Origin: Candidatus Heimdallarchaeota archaeon
GTDB lineage: Archaea > Asgardarchaeota > Heimdallarchaeia > Heimdallarchaeales > Heimdallarchaeaceae
DNA: 64,000 nucleotides
Assembly: GCA_016840095.1 (NCBI GenBank)
Contig: JAEOSZ010000011.1
Span: 27,506 to 91,505 of the forward strand
Reading direction: 5' to 3'
Numbering within the stretch: the stretch's first letter is position 1; every line of letters starts with the position of its first letter. The position numbers and the translations under genes are program-made. Under the pieces are notes generated by a model. That model made no database searches and was not told where the DNA came from. It saw nothing but the letters and a program-made list of their open reading frames with translations. Of this stretch, positions 21,335 to 31,602 are shown piece after piece.

Positions 21335-22369
21335 ATGTCACTAAAAGTCGAAGATTCCAAGGAATACAAAGAAATACACAAACGAGTAGAACTTCTACAA
21401 CTCTTGAAACAATATTATGGCTCTGGAGCTAATTTCTATGACTTTGATACTGGTGAGATTCCTTTACGTGACCTTATCGCTTTTATGTCTGATGAAGGCT
21501 TTCCCAGAAGATTACCAGAGACTGAACATGTTCTAAAGAGAATAGATGAAGAGATAATATCATTAGAGAACAAGAAAAAAGAAATGAGATTACAAGAAAT
21601 GGAATCAAGAAACTTGAACTCATTACTGATTATTACTTCTTGGACAAAATTAATTGGGACTCAAAATAAAGGTGTATTTCTAGATAAACCAGTAATGGAT
21701 TTACGAAGAGATACTATCGTAATGCTAACTGATGAAACTCAGACATTTAAGGAACTTACAGATGAAAGATTAGCGGTTATTTTTGGTCCAGGAATATATC
21801 ATTCTGAATTTGCAGTAGATAGAGGTAATTATCTTGAAGATTCATTGGAAATAAATGGAATATGTTTACCATTGGAACTTCTTGGAAAAATCTATACAGC
21901 TGATAAGATATACCAGTCAGACAAAATTGATGCTACAATAACAGAGGTATCGACCATACTACCTTTTCACATTATTGAACAGGCAGAAACAGTTCAAACC
22001 TATGTTAAAGGGATTATTAGTAGAAATGTTTTCCATCCCAACAAAGCAGCCTTAGAGAAATTCAACCATCATATTATGGAAGGGGGATCTTATCCCGCGG
22101 CTGAAGGGTTCAAAATCATGTCAGCACATCCACTTTGGTATAACAAGCTTTTAGTTGAACCTGATTATGAATATAGAACTGGAAGTGGAAAGAGGGCATA
22201 TAGTACAGCTGGAATCGGGGCTTTATCTGGAATGGTACATAAGCTTAAACCAATAATATTTTCTTCACCCTCTAAAGAAAGAGAACAGCTAGAACGAATT
22301 GCAAATATTGTAACCCAATATAGAGAGATGGGATTTCAACTTCTAAAAACTTGGATACCTTCCTACTAG
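21335..22369 (+). CDS. Hypothetical protein
   Basis: 344-aa intact ORF with an N-terminal coiled coil; no recognised motif. Confidence 0.7.
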   Translation: MSLKVEDSKEYKEIHKRVELLQLLKQYYGSGANFYDFDTGEIPLRDLIAFMSDEGFPRRLPETEHVLKRIDEEIISLENKKKEMRLQEMESRNLNSLLIITSWTKLIGTQNKGVFLDKPVMDLRRDTIVMLTDETQTFKELTDERLAVIFGPGIYHSEFAVDRGNYLEDSLEINGICLPLELLGKIYTADKIYQSDKIDATITEVSTILPFHIIEQAETVQTYVKGIISRNVFHPNKAALEKFNHHIMEGGSYPAAEGFKIMSAHPLWYNKLLVEPDYEYRTGSGKRAYSTAGIGALSGMVHKLKPIIFSSPSKEREQLERIANIVTQYREMGFQLLKTWIPSY

Positions 22370-22370
22370 T

Positions 22371-22895
22371 TCAAAGTATTTCAACTGTAGCTATTATTTC
22401 AAGAGCCTTTTTCTCAATAATTTCTAGTTTTTCTTCACATCCATAATATTCTGCTAGTTCTTTTAATTCCAATATAGGGAGTTTCTTTTGTTTATCATCC
22501 AATATGTTCTCGGAAATAGTATCTAGAAATAAATTGAACTCTCGCTCTACTTGATTTTGTTCATTACCAAATGCTATGATCATTATTTCTGTAGATGAAT
22601 CTTTTATGCCTAAGAGATCTATTGAACTAGAAATCTGTCGTTTTCCTGCTAGACGTACTATGAATTCAGTTGAAAAATCCCTTGCAATGTTTTTGTTGTT
22701 GTGAAAAGCTCGTTTTGTGTGAAACAAAGCAGCTACAATTTGTTTATCACTTATCAAGAATTTTGGATCTAACACTTGCAGATAAACTGCTTCTTGTTTT
22801 TGATTTTTTATCTTCTCAATAATCTTATCTGAATTAAGCGATTGAGGAGTAGAAAAAACTAAGTAGTTATACTCGAAACCACTAAGTTCATCCAT
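22371..22895 (-). CDS. cgi121: KEOPS complex subunit Cgi121
   Basis: QVLDPKFLISDKQI...NIARDFSTEFIVRLAGKRQISSSIDLLGIK. Confidence 0.88.
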   Translation of the reverse strand: MDELSGFEYNYLVFSTPQSLNSDKIIEKIKNQKQEAVYLQVLDPKFLISDKQIVAALFHTKRAFHNNKNIARDFSTEFIVRLAGKRQISSSIDLLGIKDSSTEIMIIAFGNEQNQVEREFNLFLDTISENILDDKQKKLPILELKELAEYYGCEEKLEIIEKKALEIIATVEIL

Positions 22896-22903
22896 GATAC
22901 TTC

Positions 22904-24427
22904 TTACAACTCCTTTGGACCTCTAATGATATCTAAGATCATTTTTTCCATGTCAATAGGTTCGAAATCTGAAGTTGCTAATTTGATAGCAGATGTTAAT
23001 TTGCTTTCAGATGATGAGTGAATTTCGAAAAGAACATCACCTTTCTTGAATCTATCTCCTCTTTTTACTCTGAGGACAACACCAGCTGTTTTGTCTGCAG
23101 GAGCACCAGCTTGTCTAGCTATTGTTGAAATCGGGGCACTATCTACTGCATAAACAACACCATCACTTTTTGCTTCAATAGTGTCAATATAGGGAGCTGT
23201 AGGAATATCATCAACTTTAATATTTTCATCTCCACCTTGAGCAGAAACAATTTCTCTGAATTTCTGTAAAGCTTTACCACTTTTTAGAATATCTTCAGCA
23301 TATTCGAAACCATATCCTCGTGGACACCAGTTGTGAGCTTCTAGAATAATACCTGATAATGAAAGAGCCTTTCTCATTAAATCTGCACTTCCACTTTGAT
23401 CAGTTAGGATTTGTAAAGCATCTTTTGCTTCTAAAGCGGGACCAATTTTACTTCCAATAGGTCTGTCACCAGGACTGATTATACAATCAAGTTTGATTTT
23501 CAGAGCATACCCTAATGAAGTGAATAAACTACCAACTTCTTGAGCATCCTCTCTATGAACAACTTTAGCTCCCTTACCAGTTGGTAGATCAATTAGAACA
23601 TATTCAGATCCAGCTGCTATTTTCTTAGCAATAATACTAGCAACCATGAATTCCTTAGGATCGATTTTTACAGTCTCAAGAACTGAGATAATCTTATCAG
23701 AAACATCTGCCAAACCTACAGTTTCACCACTTACAATGCATCCTCCAGTTGTATCTACTACATTTGTCATTTCTTCAAGTGTTAGTTCACAAGGCATAAG
23801 CAATTCTACTGCATCAATTGTTCCGGCTGGTGATGTAATAGCTCTAGTGGAAACTTTGGGAATTGTGAGTCCTGAAGCTGCTAAAACAGGTATCATAATA
23901 GGAGTTATTCTATTTCCTGCAATACCTCCAATACTATGTTTATCAACCACAGGCTTTTTCTTAGGATTTAAAATCTGAGAGTTATGAATAATAGCTTTAG
24001 CAACTGAGGTTGTTTCTTCCATAGTCAAACCTTGGACTTGGAATAACGACATCAATACTGCAATTTGAGTTGGATGCATCAAATTTTTATCTATAGATTC
24101 GAAAATAGCATCTATTTCTTCTTCTTTAAGCACTTCTCCCCTCATTTTTTTATGAATTAGATGAATTAAATGTTCATTAGTGAGTTCTTTAAGAACTATC
24201 TCACTGCCTTTCTGGATTCCATGCTCTTTGGCTAGTTTTCCAGATATCCCTACTGTATTTTCAGGATAATTGTCACTTGTGGATACTTTTAATCCAATAT
24301 TAAAAGGAGAAATCTCAATTAATTGCCCAGGCAAAATATCATATTTGTGGGCTAAATCAGAGTTAATTAACATATATTCTGGCTCTGAATCTAATACATT
24401 ATCTAATCTTACTGTTAATTTTATCAT
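22904..24427 (-). CDS. deoA: AMP phosphorylase (archaeal thymidine-phosphorylase family)
   Basis: DKHSIGGIAGNR, PKVSTRAITSPAGT, ASIIAKK, IGPALEA, AGAPADKTAG; extra N-terminal double-psi-barrel-like domain. Confidence 0.9.
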   Translation of the reverse strand: MIKLTVRLDNVLDSEPEYMLINSDLAHKYDILPGQLIEISPFNIGLKVSTSDNYPENTVGISGKLAKEHGIQKGSEIVLKELTNEHLIHLIHKKMRGEVLKEEEIDAIFESIDKNLMHPTQIAVLMSLFQVQGLTMEETTSVAKAIIHNSQILNPKKKPVVDKHSIGGIAGNRITPIMIPVLAASGLTIPKVSTRAITSPAGTIDAVELLMPCELTLEEMTNVVDTTGGCIVSGETVGLADVSDKIISVLETVKIDPKEFMVASIIAKKIAAGSEYVLIDLPTGKGAKVVHREDAQEVGSLFTSLGYALKIKLDCIISPGDRPIGSKIGPALEAKDALQILTDQSGSADLMRKALSLSGIILEAHNWCPRGYGFEYAEDILKSGKALQKFREIVSAQGGDENIKVDDIPTAPYIDTIEAKSDGVVYAVDSAPISTIARQAGAPADKTAGVVLRVKRGDRFKKGDVLFEIHSSSESKLTSAIKLATSDFEPIDMEKMILDIIRGPKEL

Positions 24428-24578
24428 TTTATTTCCGCCAGATTCATTTTTATATCTTTAAACAGTAAGTGGTTTTTAGCCTATAATAAGCGTTGCGTAT
24501 CTGTAAAAAAACGAATTTTTAGCTTAATTTGTCTTACCCGTAATAATTATTAATCATTTTTTCTATAATAATTTAGAA

Positions 24579-24728
24579 ATGTTTAGCGATAATGGTTCAG
24601 AAAAAATTAAGGATAAGAAAAAAGAAGAAAAGCCATTCAATTGTACTGGCTGTGAAACCCCTTTAGGGAAATATGATGAAACTTGTCCTAATTGTGAAAG
24701 AAAGAATCCCAAGTATCTAATTGGTTGA
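24579..24728 (+). CDS. Small Zn-ribbon protein (49 aa)
   Basis: Manual ORF MFSDNGSEKIKDKKKEEKPFNCTGCETPLGKYDETCPNCERKNPKYLIG with two CxxC motifs. Confidence 0.7.
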   Translation: MFSDNGSEKIKDKKKEEKPFNCTGCETPLGKYDETCPNCERKNPKYLIG

Positions 24729-24788
24729 TTCAATCATTGAGAAACTATTTATATGCTACTCAAATTCATATCTGTGTAGGTAAGTAAA

Positions 24789-24965
24789 ATGGCGGAAATT
24801 CCACTCCCCCCAAGTAACAAGAAATCAGATGATGGTGATTCTGATGCTGATTGTGAAAAATATGATCCTATAATGGGTGGATATTGTAAGTACTACGTTA
24901 CTAAAACCGGAGAATGTATGATAAAATTCAGTTTGTGTGATGGTTTTGGGATTTTAAAGAAATAA
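24789..24965 (+). CDS. Small four-cysteine protein (58 aa)
   Basis: Manual ORF MAEIPLPPSNKKSDDGDSDADCEKYDPIMGGYCKYYVTKTGECMIKFSLCDGFGILKK; TATA-like TTTATA and AGGT upstream. Confidence 0.6.
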   Translation: MAEIPLPPSNKKSDDGDSDADCEKYDPIMGGYCKYYVTKTGECMIKFSLCDGFGILKK

Positions 24966-24973
24966 CAAATGAG

Positions 24974-25807
24974 TTATCTTCTAAGCAATTGATCTAAATC
25001 ATTACTGATTTCTTTAACATTTGCTACTATTCTGTTTTGACCTGTCCCTTTATTTCCTTCAGTATCTATTGTTGCTGAAGTCAGAAATAGAGGTTTGAAG
25101 AATTCTCTAATCATCTGTTTTCCATCACCAAGAAGACATGAACAGGTTCCAACATACTTATCCCCTTCAACTCTTCTTACTCTGAAGAAGCTGACATGGT
25201 TTGCACGATCTCTCCAGATAATAAGATTTGCAGATAAGTAAATATTGTCTCTGATAATGTGTCCTAGGTAAACATTAGGATCAAGACCGAGTTCATATAA
25301 ATCAGTGTTGGTTTGTTTATCAAAATTTGTTAGCACCATTATTTTTGTGTTTTTAGAGAGTTGTTCATATCTTTCTATAGGGATTTGTTCTGTTGATTCT
25401 TTGACTATGAATGTGTATGACCTATCTCTTCGTAGTGTATAAGCAGCTTGATATTCGATCATTGCGGAGGCTAATTCTAATAGTAATGGAGCTTCTTTTT
25501 TACTGATTTCGAATTTTTCGATAGATTGAATAGGAACTTTAGATTTTGTTAATAGACTACATACAAGAACTCCTATTAGATCATGCGATAGTGAACCAGC
25601 AACAATACAACCAGACGGCAAAAGAATTGCAGGCAATTGATTTAAGGGAATGCCTTTTTTCTCAGCTGATTCTCTTTTCTTACTTACTTGATGAACTATT
25701 AGTTTTACTTCTTGTGTTTTTAGTGCGCTTATAACTGCTGTCAGAAACTTTAATGTAGGCTGACAGTGGTCACAGTGCTCATCGTGAATATATATTTCTA
25801 ATTCCAT
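24974..25807 (-). CDS. Thioredoxin-fold domain fused to a DICT-like sensory domain
   Basis: N-terminal HCDHC with QLPAIL cis-Pro; C-terminal LASAMIEYQA...IERYEQLSKNTKIMVL resembles DICT. Confidence 0.55.
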   Translation of the reverse strand: MELEIYIHDEHCDHCQPTLKFLTAVISALKTQEVKLIVHQVSKKRESAEKKGIPLNQLPAILLPSGCIVAGSLSHDLIGVLVCSLLTKSKVPIQSIEKFEISKKEAPLLLELASAMIEYQAAYTLRRDRSYTFIVKESTEQIPIERYEQLSKNTKIMVLTNFDKQTNTDLYELGLDPNVYLGHIIRDNIYLSANLIIWRDRANHVSFFRVRRVEGDKYVGTCSCLLGDGKQMIREFFKPLFLTSATIDTEGNKGTGQNRIVANVKEISNDLDQLLRR

Positions 25808-25886
25808 TTTGCCCCAACAATCTAATCAATGAACGAATAAATAGAGATTTGAAATGATTATTATAAACATTGTCGTTCTATGTATT

Positions 25887-27143
25887 TTATCTGCCAGTTT
25901 TTCCCCTAATATAACGGTCAAGGTATTTTTCTCTAGCTAGTTCTATGGCATCATAGGCATGAGAAAAGCAATCTAATCTTCTTTCAGGGATTGGATCCCA
26001 TCCTCTACCATCACTATTTTCTGCTAGCAGTAGATGTTTCCACATCTGTTCGGTTATTTCACTTTCTGGTAGATGAGCAAAATACCATCGTGCTTCCCAA
26101 CAAAGCCTTTCCAATTTCTGATTGTCTTCATCTCTAGTCCAAAGATCCAATCTCCTATCTGGAGCCCAACTTCCTGTTTTCATATAGCCAAGATCTTTTG
26201 GTTTATTGTCCTTTAGATATTTGAAAGGTAAGATCATTTGGTTTTCTGGGATTTTCATCATTCTTTCAATGAATTTCCTCAGATCCTCATGTGTTATCAT
26301 TTTTCCCTCAACAAGGCTTCTATAACCAAAAAATTCGATATCTGTTCCATATGGAATAACTAGACCTGTAGATTTCTTATGCCTTGATAAGTTTCTTATC
26401 GCTTTCTTTTGTGAAATAAAAGGAAATTTCATTAAGCTGGCTGATGAGAAAATGCTCCAAGCTTGAGGTACTTTTAAACCAGTAATTGTTCCCTTAACAC
26501 CTTTTAACTCAACTGGATTGAAATTTGATTTTCTAGCAGATTTTTTGAGCCCTTTTACAGCTCTTCTATATTTGAAAAACTTACTCAAAATTCCTTTCGC
26601 TTTCATAAATTCTATAATATAATGAGTTGCAGAGAAGTATGGAAAATTATATTCATTAGAATCATTTAGTAGAGGGGAGCTCATATTGTATAATTCTTCA
26701 TCAATGAAAGTATATGAAAAATCGAAATTCTTTAGGACTCTTGGAATTAAAGGATCATAAGCTAATTCAGGTAACCAGAATCCCTTAGGTTTGTAATTCA
26801 AAGTTGACTCAAGAACATCATTGTTGAATTCTATCTGTTTTTTCATATCAATAACAGGTAATAGAGGAAAGATTGGATGTGAATATCCACAGCCTACCAT
26901 CTCGAATTTACCTTGTTCTATTCCTTCCTTTAGTAAATCAATTACTTCAGGATAACTGTTCTTTAGAATCTCTAAAGTGACACCTGTAAAATTGAGAACC
27001 ACTTCCAGTTTAGGAATATCTAGTAGAGTAGAAAGAACTGGAATGTAACTTTTGTTCACAACATCTGGTATCTCACTAACTGGAATTTCTGCATACTGTA
27101 AATTAGCATGTAAAACGATAGTAGAATACACAAGAGGAAACAC
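25887..27143 (-). CDS. GH57 glycoside hydrolase, Pyrococcus-type alpha-galactosidase
   Basis: HANLQYAEIP, KGFWLPELAYDP, GTDIEFFGY and AENSDGRGWDPIPERRLD match the GH57 alpha-galactosidase subgroup; divergent from galT. Confidence 0.85.
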   Translation of the reverse strand: MFPLVYSTIVLHANLQYAEIPVSEIPDVVNKSYIPVLSTLLDIPKLEVVLNFTGVTLEILKNSYPEVIDLLKEGIEQGKFEMVGCGYSHPIFPLLPVIDMKKQIEFNNDVLESTLNYKPKGFWLPELAYDPLIPRVLKNFDFSYTFIDEELYNMSSPLLNDSNEYNFPYFSATHYIIEFMKAKGILSKFFKYRRAVKGLKKSARKSNFNPVELKGVKGTITGLKVPQAWSIFSSASLMKFPFISQKKAIRNLSRHKKSTGLVIPYGTDIEFFGYRSLVEGKMITHEDLRKFIERMMKIPENQMILPFKYLKDNKPKDLGYMKTGSWAPDRRLDLWTRDEDNQKLERLCWEARWYFAHLPESEITEQMWKHLLLAENSDGRGWDPIPERRLDCFSHAYDAIELAREKYLDRYIRGKTGR

Positions 27144-27245
27144 TTAATTCATAATATAAACGTTTTGGGAGGTAAAAAATGGTAATTTTTATTTAGCTTA
27201 GAAATATCCGAAGATATTAAATACACCAATAGCAGTTCTAAAGCA

Positions 27246-28202
27246 ATGAGTCAAAGAGAAATCAGAAAGAATCCTTTTACTGACGAATGGATAATCTATT
27301 CTGAAGCGAGACAAGCAAGGCCTGATAGAAAAAAAGACTCTTGCCCACTATGTTCAGGATCTCCAGAGGTTCCTGAATTTACAGAACCAATTAGAATTCC
27401 TAATAAATTTCCAGCACTTGAAATTGGAAAAGAGCCTAAGAAAATTAGTTCTGGAGAATTTCAAATAAAAATGAGCAATTATGGAAGATGTGATATTGTT
27501 GTTTATACAAATGAGCACAATTTCAAATTTATCGATTTATCAGATGAAGAAATTTTCCAAATTTTTCAAACATGGATAAGTGCTACTAAGGAATTCAATT
27601 TGGATAAGAATATCAAATACATTCTTCCTTTCGAAAATTACGGTGAAGACGTTGGGGCAACTCTTATTCATCCTCATGGTCAAATTTATGGGTTTCCTGT
27701 GATTCCAAATTTAGTTGAAAAGGAATTTGATTCCATAAAACAATTCAAAGAAAAAAACAATTCTTGTATGGTCTGTAATTATATCGAAGAAGAAAAGGAA
27801 AAGGAAGAGAGAATCATTTTTCATGATATCAATCTTGTTGCTTTAGTTCCTTATTTTGCTAGACATGCATTTGATGTGTTTGTATATCCCAATCGTCACG
27901 TCAATTTTCTACATCAATGTACTAGATCTGAGATGAACTCCTTTGTTTCAACAATTAAACAAACAATCACTTCTTTGAATAGCATTTTTGAAAAAGAGAT
28001 TAGCTATTCTCTCTCATTACATCAGAGTCCTTTGAATACTCAAGGTTCAAACATGTTCCATCTTTATTTCAAACTACACACTCCTCAGAGAAATATCAAG
28101 TCTCTTAAGCTTCTAGGAGCTGTTGAAACCAGTACTATGACCTATATTAACGGAATGTTGCCAGAGATTGCTGCAAATAAAATCAGAGAAAAAATGTCTT
28201 GA
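27246..28202 (+). CDS. galT: Galactose-1-phosphate uridylyltransferase
   Basis: RQARP, CPLC, PNKFPAL, FENYG...GATLIHPHGQIY. Confidence 0.92.
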   Translation: MSQREIRKNPFTDEWIIYSEARQARPDRKKDSCPLCSGSPEVPEFTEPIRIPNKFPALEIGKEPKKISSGEFQIKMSNYGRCDIVVYTNEHNFKFIDLSDEEIFQIFQTWISATKEFNLDKNIKYILPFENYGEDVGATLIHPHGQIYGFPVIPNLVEKEFDSIKQFKEKNNSCMVCNYIEEEKEKEERIIFHDINLVALVPYFARHAFDVFVYPNRHVNFLHQCTRSEMNSFVSTIKQTITSLNSIFEKEISYSLSLHQSPLNTQGSNMFHLYFKLHTPQRNIKSLKLLGAVETSTMTYINGMLPEIAANKIREKMS

Positions 28203-28394
28203 ATTAGTTTCTGTTAGTTGGGTAAAATTGAGATTTCCTTACTTGTAAATGACTGATACTCTAATATTACCATTTAGAAAGATTGTAATCATAGCCTCTA
28301 TTTTTTTCGAACTTCTCAATTTTAGAGGATTCTAAAATAATACTTATAATAAAAGTAAACACTTGTTAAGATTAGACAATATTGGAGGTCTAAA

Positions 28395-31300
28395 ATGAAA
28401 AAAAAGGCAATTTTGGGTTCAGCCTTGTTGGGTTTGACAATTATCCTTCTTACAATGAGCGGGTCAGTGACTCAAGCTCAGATAATTTCACAAAACACCA
28501 CACTCGACGCTGATATTCTGAACCCTGTTTTTGTAGAAGAAATGCGAATAATCGCTGGTATAGATTCTGCTGCCGTTGTAGAACTGGACCTAATAGGAGG
28601 CGCCATGCCTGCAATAGATGCAAATCCTCTATTCAGCGAAGTGAAAAGTTGGGCTTTTGTTGCTTCAAACCAATCAGATTTTCAAGATTATATTTTAAGG
28701 AGACCTTTCAAATCTCCCGAAAATGCTACACTTTTATTAGAAATTGATGCATCTTTAGGAGTTGGAGGTAGTTTGGTTAGAGCAATTGAAATAGCTTTAT
28801 TATTTAATGCAGCTTACGGAACAAATTTGATGTGGTCAAGAGCTGAAGGCTTACTTGGAAGTTATTTATACATATTTTCAGGGAGTATGCCAGAAACCAT
28901 ATTCAATACATTGATTACAGAATTTCAAACAGACATTAGTAATGGATTTGTGTCCCTACTCGATCCAGTTGAAGTAACTGATTCTCCTGTAAAAGTAGCT
29001 TTTATGGGTAACATGAAAGTTGATGGAAAGCTGACAGCAGCTAGAGGAGTATATTATATTGATCCAGATGCAATTACTGGAGCTACTACATATACATTAT
29101 CAACTGATAATATATTTGGAGAAAATGTGTGGCCAAGAATCGCACTACAACCAATATTCTCGGTTCTAAAATTCAGATTCCCATATACAATAAATCCTCT
29201 AAGTATTACACCAGATCCAAATAACTTTGCTCCTCAAATAACAGGAAAAATGGATTGGGATCTAAATACACCTTGGTCACTACCAAAACTTGGAAGTAAT
29301 TATGAAGTTGTATTTAACATTAATCACACAGCACTAGCATCATCTCCTAGAGTATCTGTAAATATGGCATATGATCAAGATTTACTAAATACTGCAGGAA
29401 GATTACAGATGGACTATGTGGTTTCGAATACTGGAACTGAAGATGCTGTAGATATTGAGATTAGTTATCCTCTAGGACCTGATTTCTTAGATTTCTTAGC
29501 TCAAAAACCAAAACTTTGGGATTTGAGAGATGATGTAACTATTGATGAAGGATATTCAAATGCGATTACAGGAACTATATTGATGACCTTTGAAGGAGAA
29601 ATGTTCATTGATGAAGGTTTATATCCAGATATCATTTATGAACAAGAATTTCTAATTCTTGATGGATGGTATCAGAATAATACTGATATGTCTTATATTG
29701 ATATAAATCCTGCAAATACTATTCAACAAGTTAAGACTGATAGTATGTTCTATGATCTGGGAATACCAGGACAAACAGGCACAGTATCAACTTATATAAA
29801 CTTTAATTCATCACTTGGATTACCTAATGCATTAGTTGATCAAGCTACTGCTTTCTTAGCACCAATAAGTATGTTTGATTATGAATTACATACACTTGGT
29901 GATCTAATTGCTGACTATCAATTTGAACTAAAAGATGCAGTACAAGCTGCAGGAGATTATTTGTTCAATATACTGTACTCTGAACAAGACATCTTTACCC
30001 CTGATACTATGGATTTTGATTTCATTACTAAAGAAATTGGTAGAGTGGGATTAGAAGATAGTTATAATGAAACTTTTCTGAGTACAATAATTCCATTATT
30101 ACATCCCGGTGAATCAGTTAACGTAAGCTGGGCTCTAGATAACATTCCCTCTCAAGCTAATCATTATGGAATGATGGGTCTAGATGAAGTAAATGTTGGA
30201 GCAAGTTTTCCTGCTTTACAATTGACTACTGTCGATAAAACTGGTTATGATGTCTTACGATATCTATTTGGTTTAGGCGATGCAATCTTACCTCATTTAG
30301 GTGATAGATTCAGTAGACCATTAAGCTACTATGAGCCTTGGACAAATACTTGGTTATCAACTGGTGCAAGATTTGCATATATGGATGCAGAAGGTTTTGA
30401 ATACTATGGATTCAGCAATGGAATTAATCTCCAAATAGCAGATGATGAAGCTGTTCTTAATGTGCATGTTTCGTTAAATCAAACTGCATACTTAGTAGGA
30501 GATCCTGTTACTGTCTATTATACAATAGAAAACACTGGAAATCTTCCAGCTGAAGAAGTAATTCTTGCTCTATATCATGGGCGAATGGGACCTGATTGGC
30601 AATTGGTAGATCCTGAATTATTCTGGGTTGATGAAATTGGAACAATTGCACCAGGTGCAATATATAACAGTCAAGCTGATGTTCTAGCTAATTCCTTCTT
30701 GGGAATACACCCTGTTTATGGTGTTGTTGGTTTCAAGAGTGATGTTGGACAAACCATTTTATCCGATGGAATAATTGAATTATCTCCAGGATCACTTGGA
30801 TTAACATCTATCTTTGCTGGAGCTGCAGAAACCTATCAAATAGTTGCTTCTAATATGGATTGGGGTTTGGTTTTACCAAAGACTCTAAATAGAAGACCAG
30901 CATTCCCACAACCAATACTAGACATTGATGTAAGTGTTGAGTATATCATTCCAACAGATGCTCCTTGGGAATTAGAAATCACTATAACTGTAACAAATAT
31001 TGGTGATGAAAGAACCCATATAACTGCAGTTCAATTTTACAATGCAACTGAGATGCAATTATTACGTAAAACTACAACTAAAGGACTGACTGCAAATGAA
31101 ACATATCTAGGTATAGGTGTCATCAGATTCAAAGGAATAACTCTCCTACCTGGAGAATCTGTCATATTTACAATGAGATGGATGTTCCTTACTAGCTATG
31201 GTTGTTATATTCCTGGTATCATAATCGTTTATGATAGTAGATTCAGAAGTGATCTTGCGGTCGATGGAATTATCGAAGCACCTGATGTAACAGATGCGGC

Positions 31301-31514
31301 TTTATTAGCTGCACTAGATGGGTCAGCTCAAGAAGAAGAAGATTGGGAAGATTATGGACAATCGACACAAACTGGATCCTCAGCGGGAGCTGATGTTTTC
31401 ACAGGTGGAACTCATACAAGAAGACTAGGATCTTATGACATAGTATTCTGGTCAATCAGTGCAATCTTCGTTACAGCAGTCGCTACCGGCACAAGAAAGA
31501 AACTTAAAAAATAA
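28395..31514 (+). CDS. Large secreted cell-surface protein with CARDB/Ig-like domains and a C-terminal anchor (possible S-layer component)
   Basis: Signal peptide, GGAGG SD, three V/I-x-N-x-G motifs (VSNTG, IENTG, VTNIG), acidic composition, C-terminal TM plus RKKLKK. Confidence 0.75.
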   Translation: MKKKAILGSALLGLTIILLTMSGSVTQAQIISQNTTLDADILNPVFVEEMRIIAGIDSAAVVELDLIGGAMPAIDANPLFSEVKSWAFVASNQSDFQDYILRRPFKSPENATLLLEIDASLGVGGSLVRAIEIALLFNAAYGTNLMWSRAEGLLGSYLYIFSGSMPETIFNTLITEFQTDISNGFVSLLDPVEVTDSPVKVAFMGNMKVDGKLTAARGVYYIDPDAITGATTYTLSTDNIFGENVWPRIALQPIFSVLKFRFPYTINPLSITPDPNNFAPQITGKMDWDLNTPWSLPKLGSNYEVVFNINHTALASSPRVSVNMAYDQDLLNTAGRLQMDYVVSNTGTEDAVDIEISYPLGPDFLDFLAQKPKLWDLRDDVTIDEGYSNAITGTILMTFEGEMFIDEGLYPDIIYEQEFLILDGWYQNNTDMSYIDINPANTIQQVKTDSMFYDLGIPGQTGTVSTYINFNSSLGLPNALVDQATAFLAPISMFDYELHTLGDLIADYQFELKDAVQAAGDYLFNILYSEQDIFTPDTMDFDFITKEIGRVGLEDSYNETFLSTIIPLLHPGESVNVSWALDNIPSQANHYGMMGLDEVNVGASFPALQLTTVDKTGYDVLRYLFGLGDAILPHLGDRFSRPLSYYEPWTNTWLSTGARFAYMDAEGFEYYGFSNGINLQIADDEAVLNVHVSLNQTAYLVGDPVTVYYTIENTGNLPAEEVILALYHGRMGPDWQLVDPELFWVDEIGTIAPGAIYNSQADVLANSFLGIHPVYGVVGFKSDVGQTILSDGIIELSPGSLGLTSIFAGAAETYQIVASNMDWGLVLPKTLNRRPAFPQPILDIDVSVEYIIPTDAPWELEITITVTNIGDERTHITAVQFYNATEMQLLRKTTTKGLTANETYLGIGVIRFKGITLLPGESVIFTMRWMFLTSYGCYIPGIIIVYDSRFRSDLAVDGIIEAPDVTDAALLAALDGSAQEEEDWEDYGQSTQTGSSAGADVFTGGTHTRRLGSYDIVFWSISAIFVTAVATGTRKKLKK

Positions 31515-31542
31515 TTTTCTTTTTCTTTTTTCTTTTATTTTT
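31515..31542 (+). terminator. Archaeal oligo-T terminator
   Basis: Repeated T-tracts immediately after the stop codon. Confidence 0.55.
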
Positions 31543-31602
31543 ACCCATGTAATAGCTTGTTTTAAATAGTGATTTGTCGCTAGATTCCAAGAGCGGAACT
31601 GA

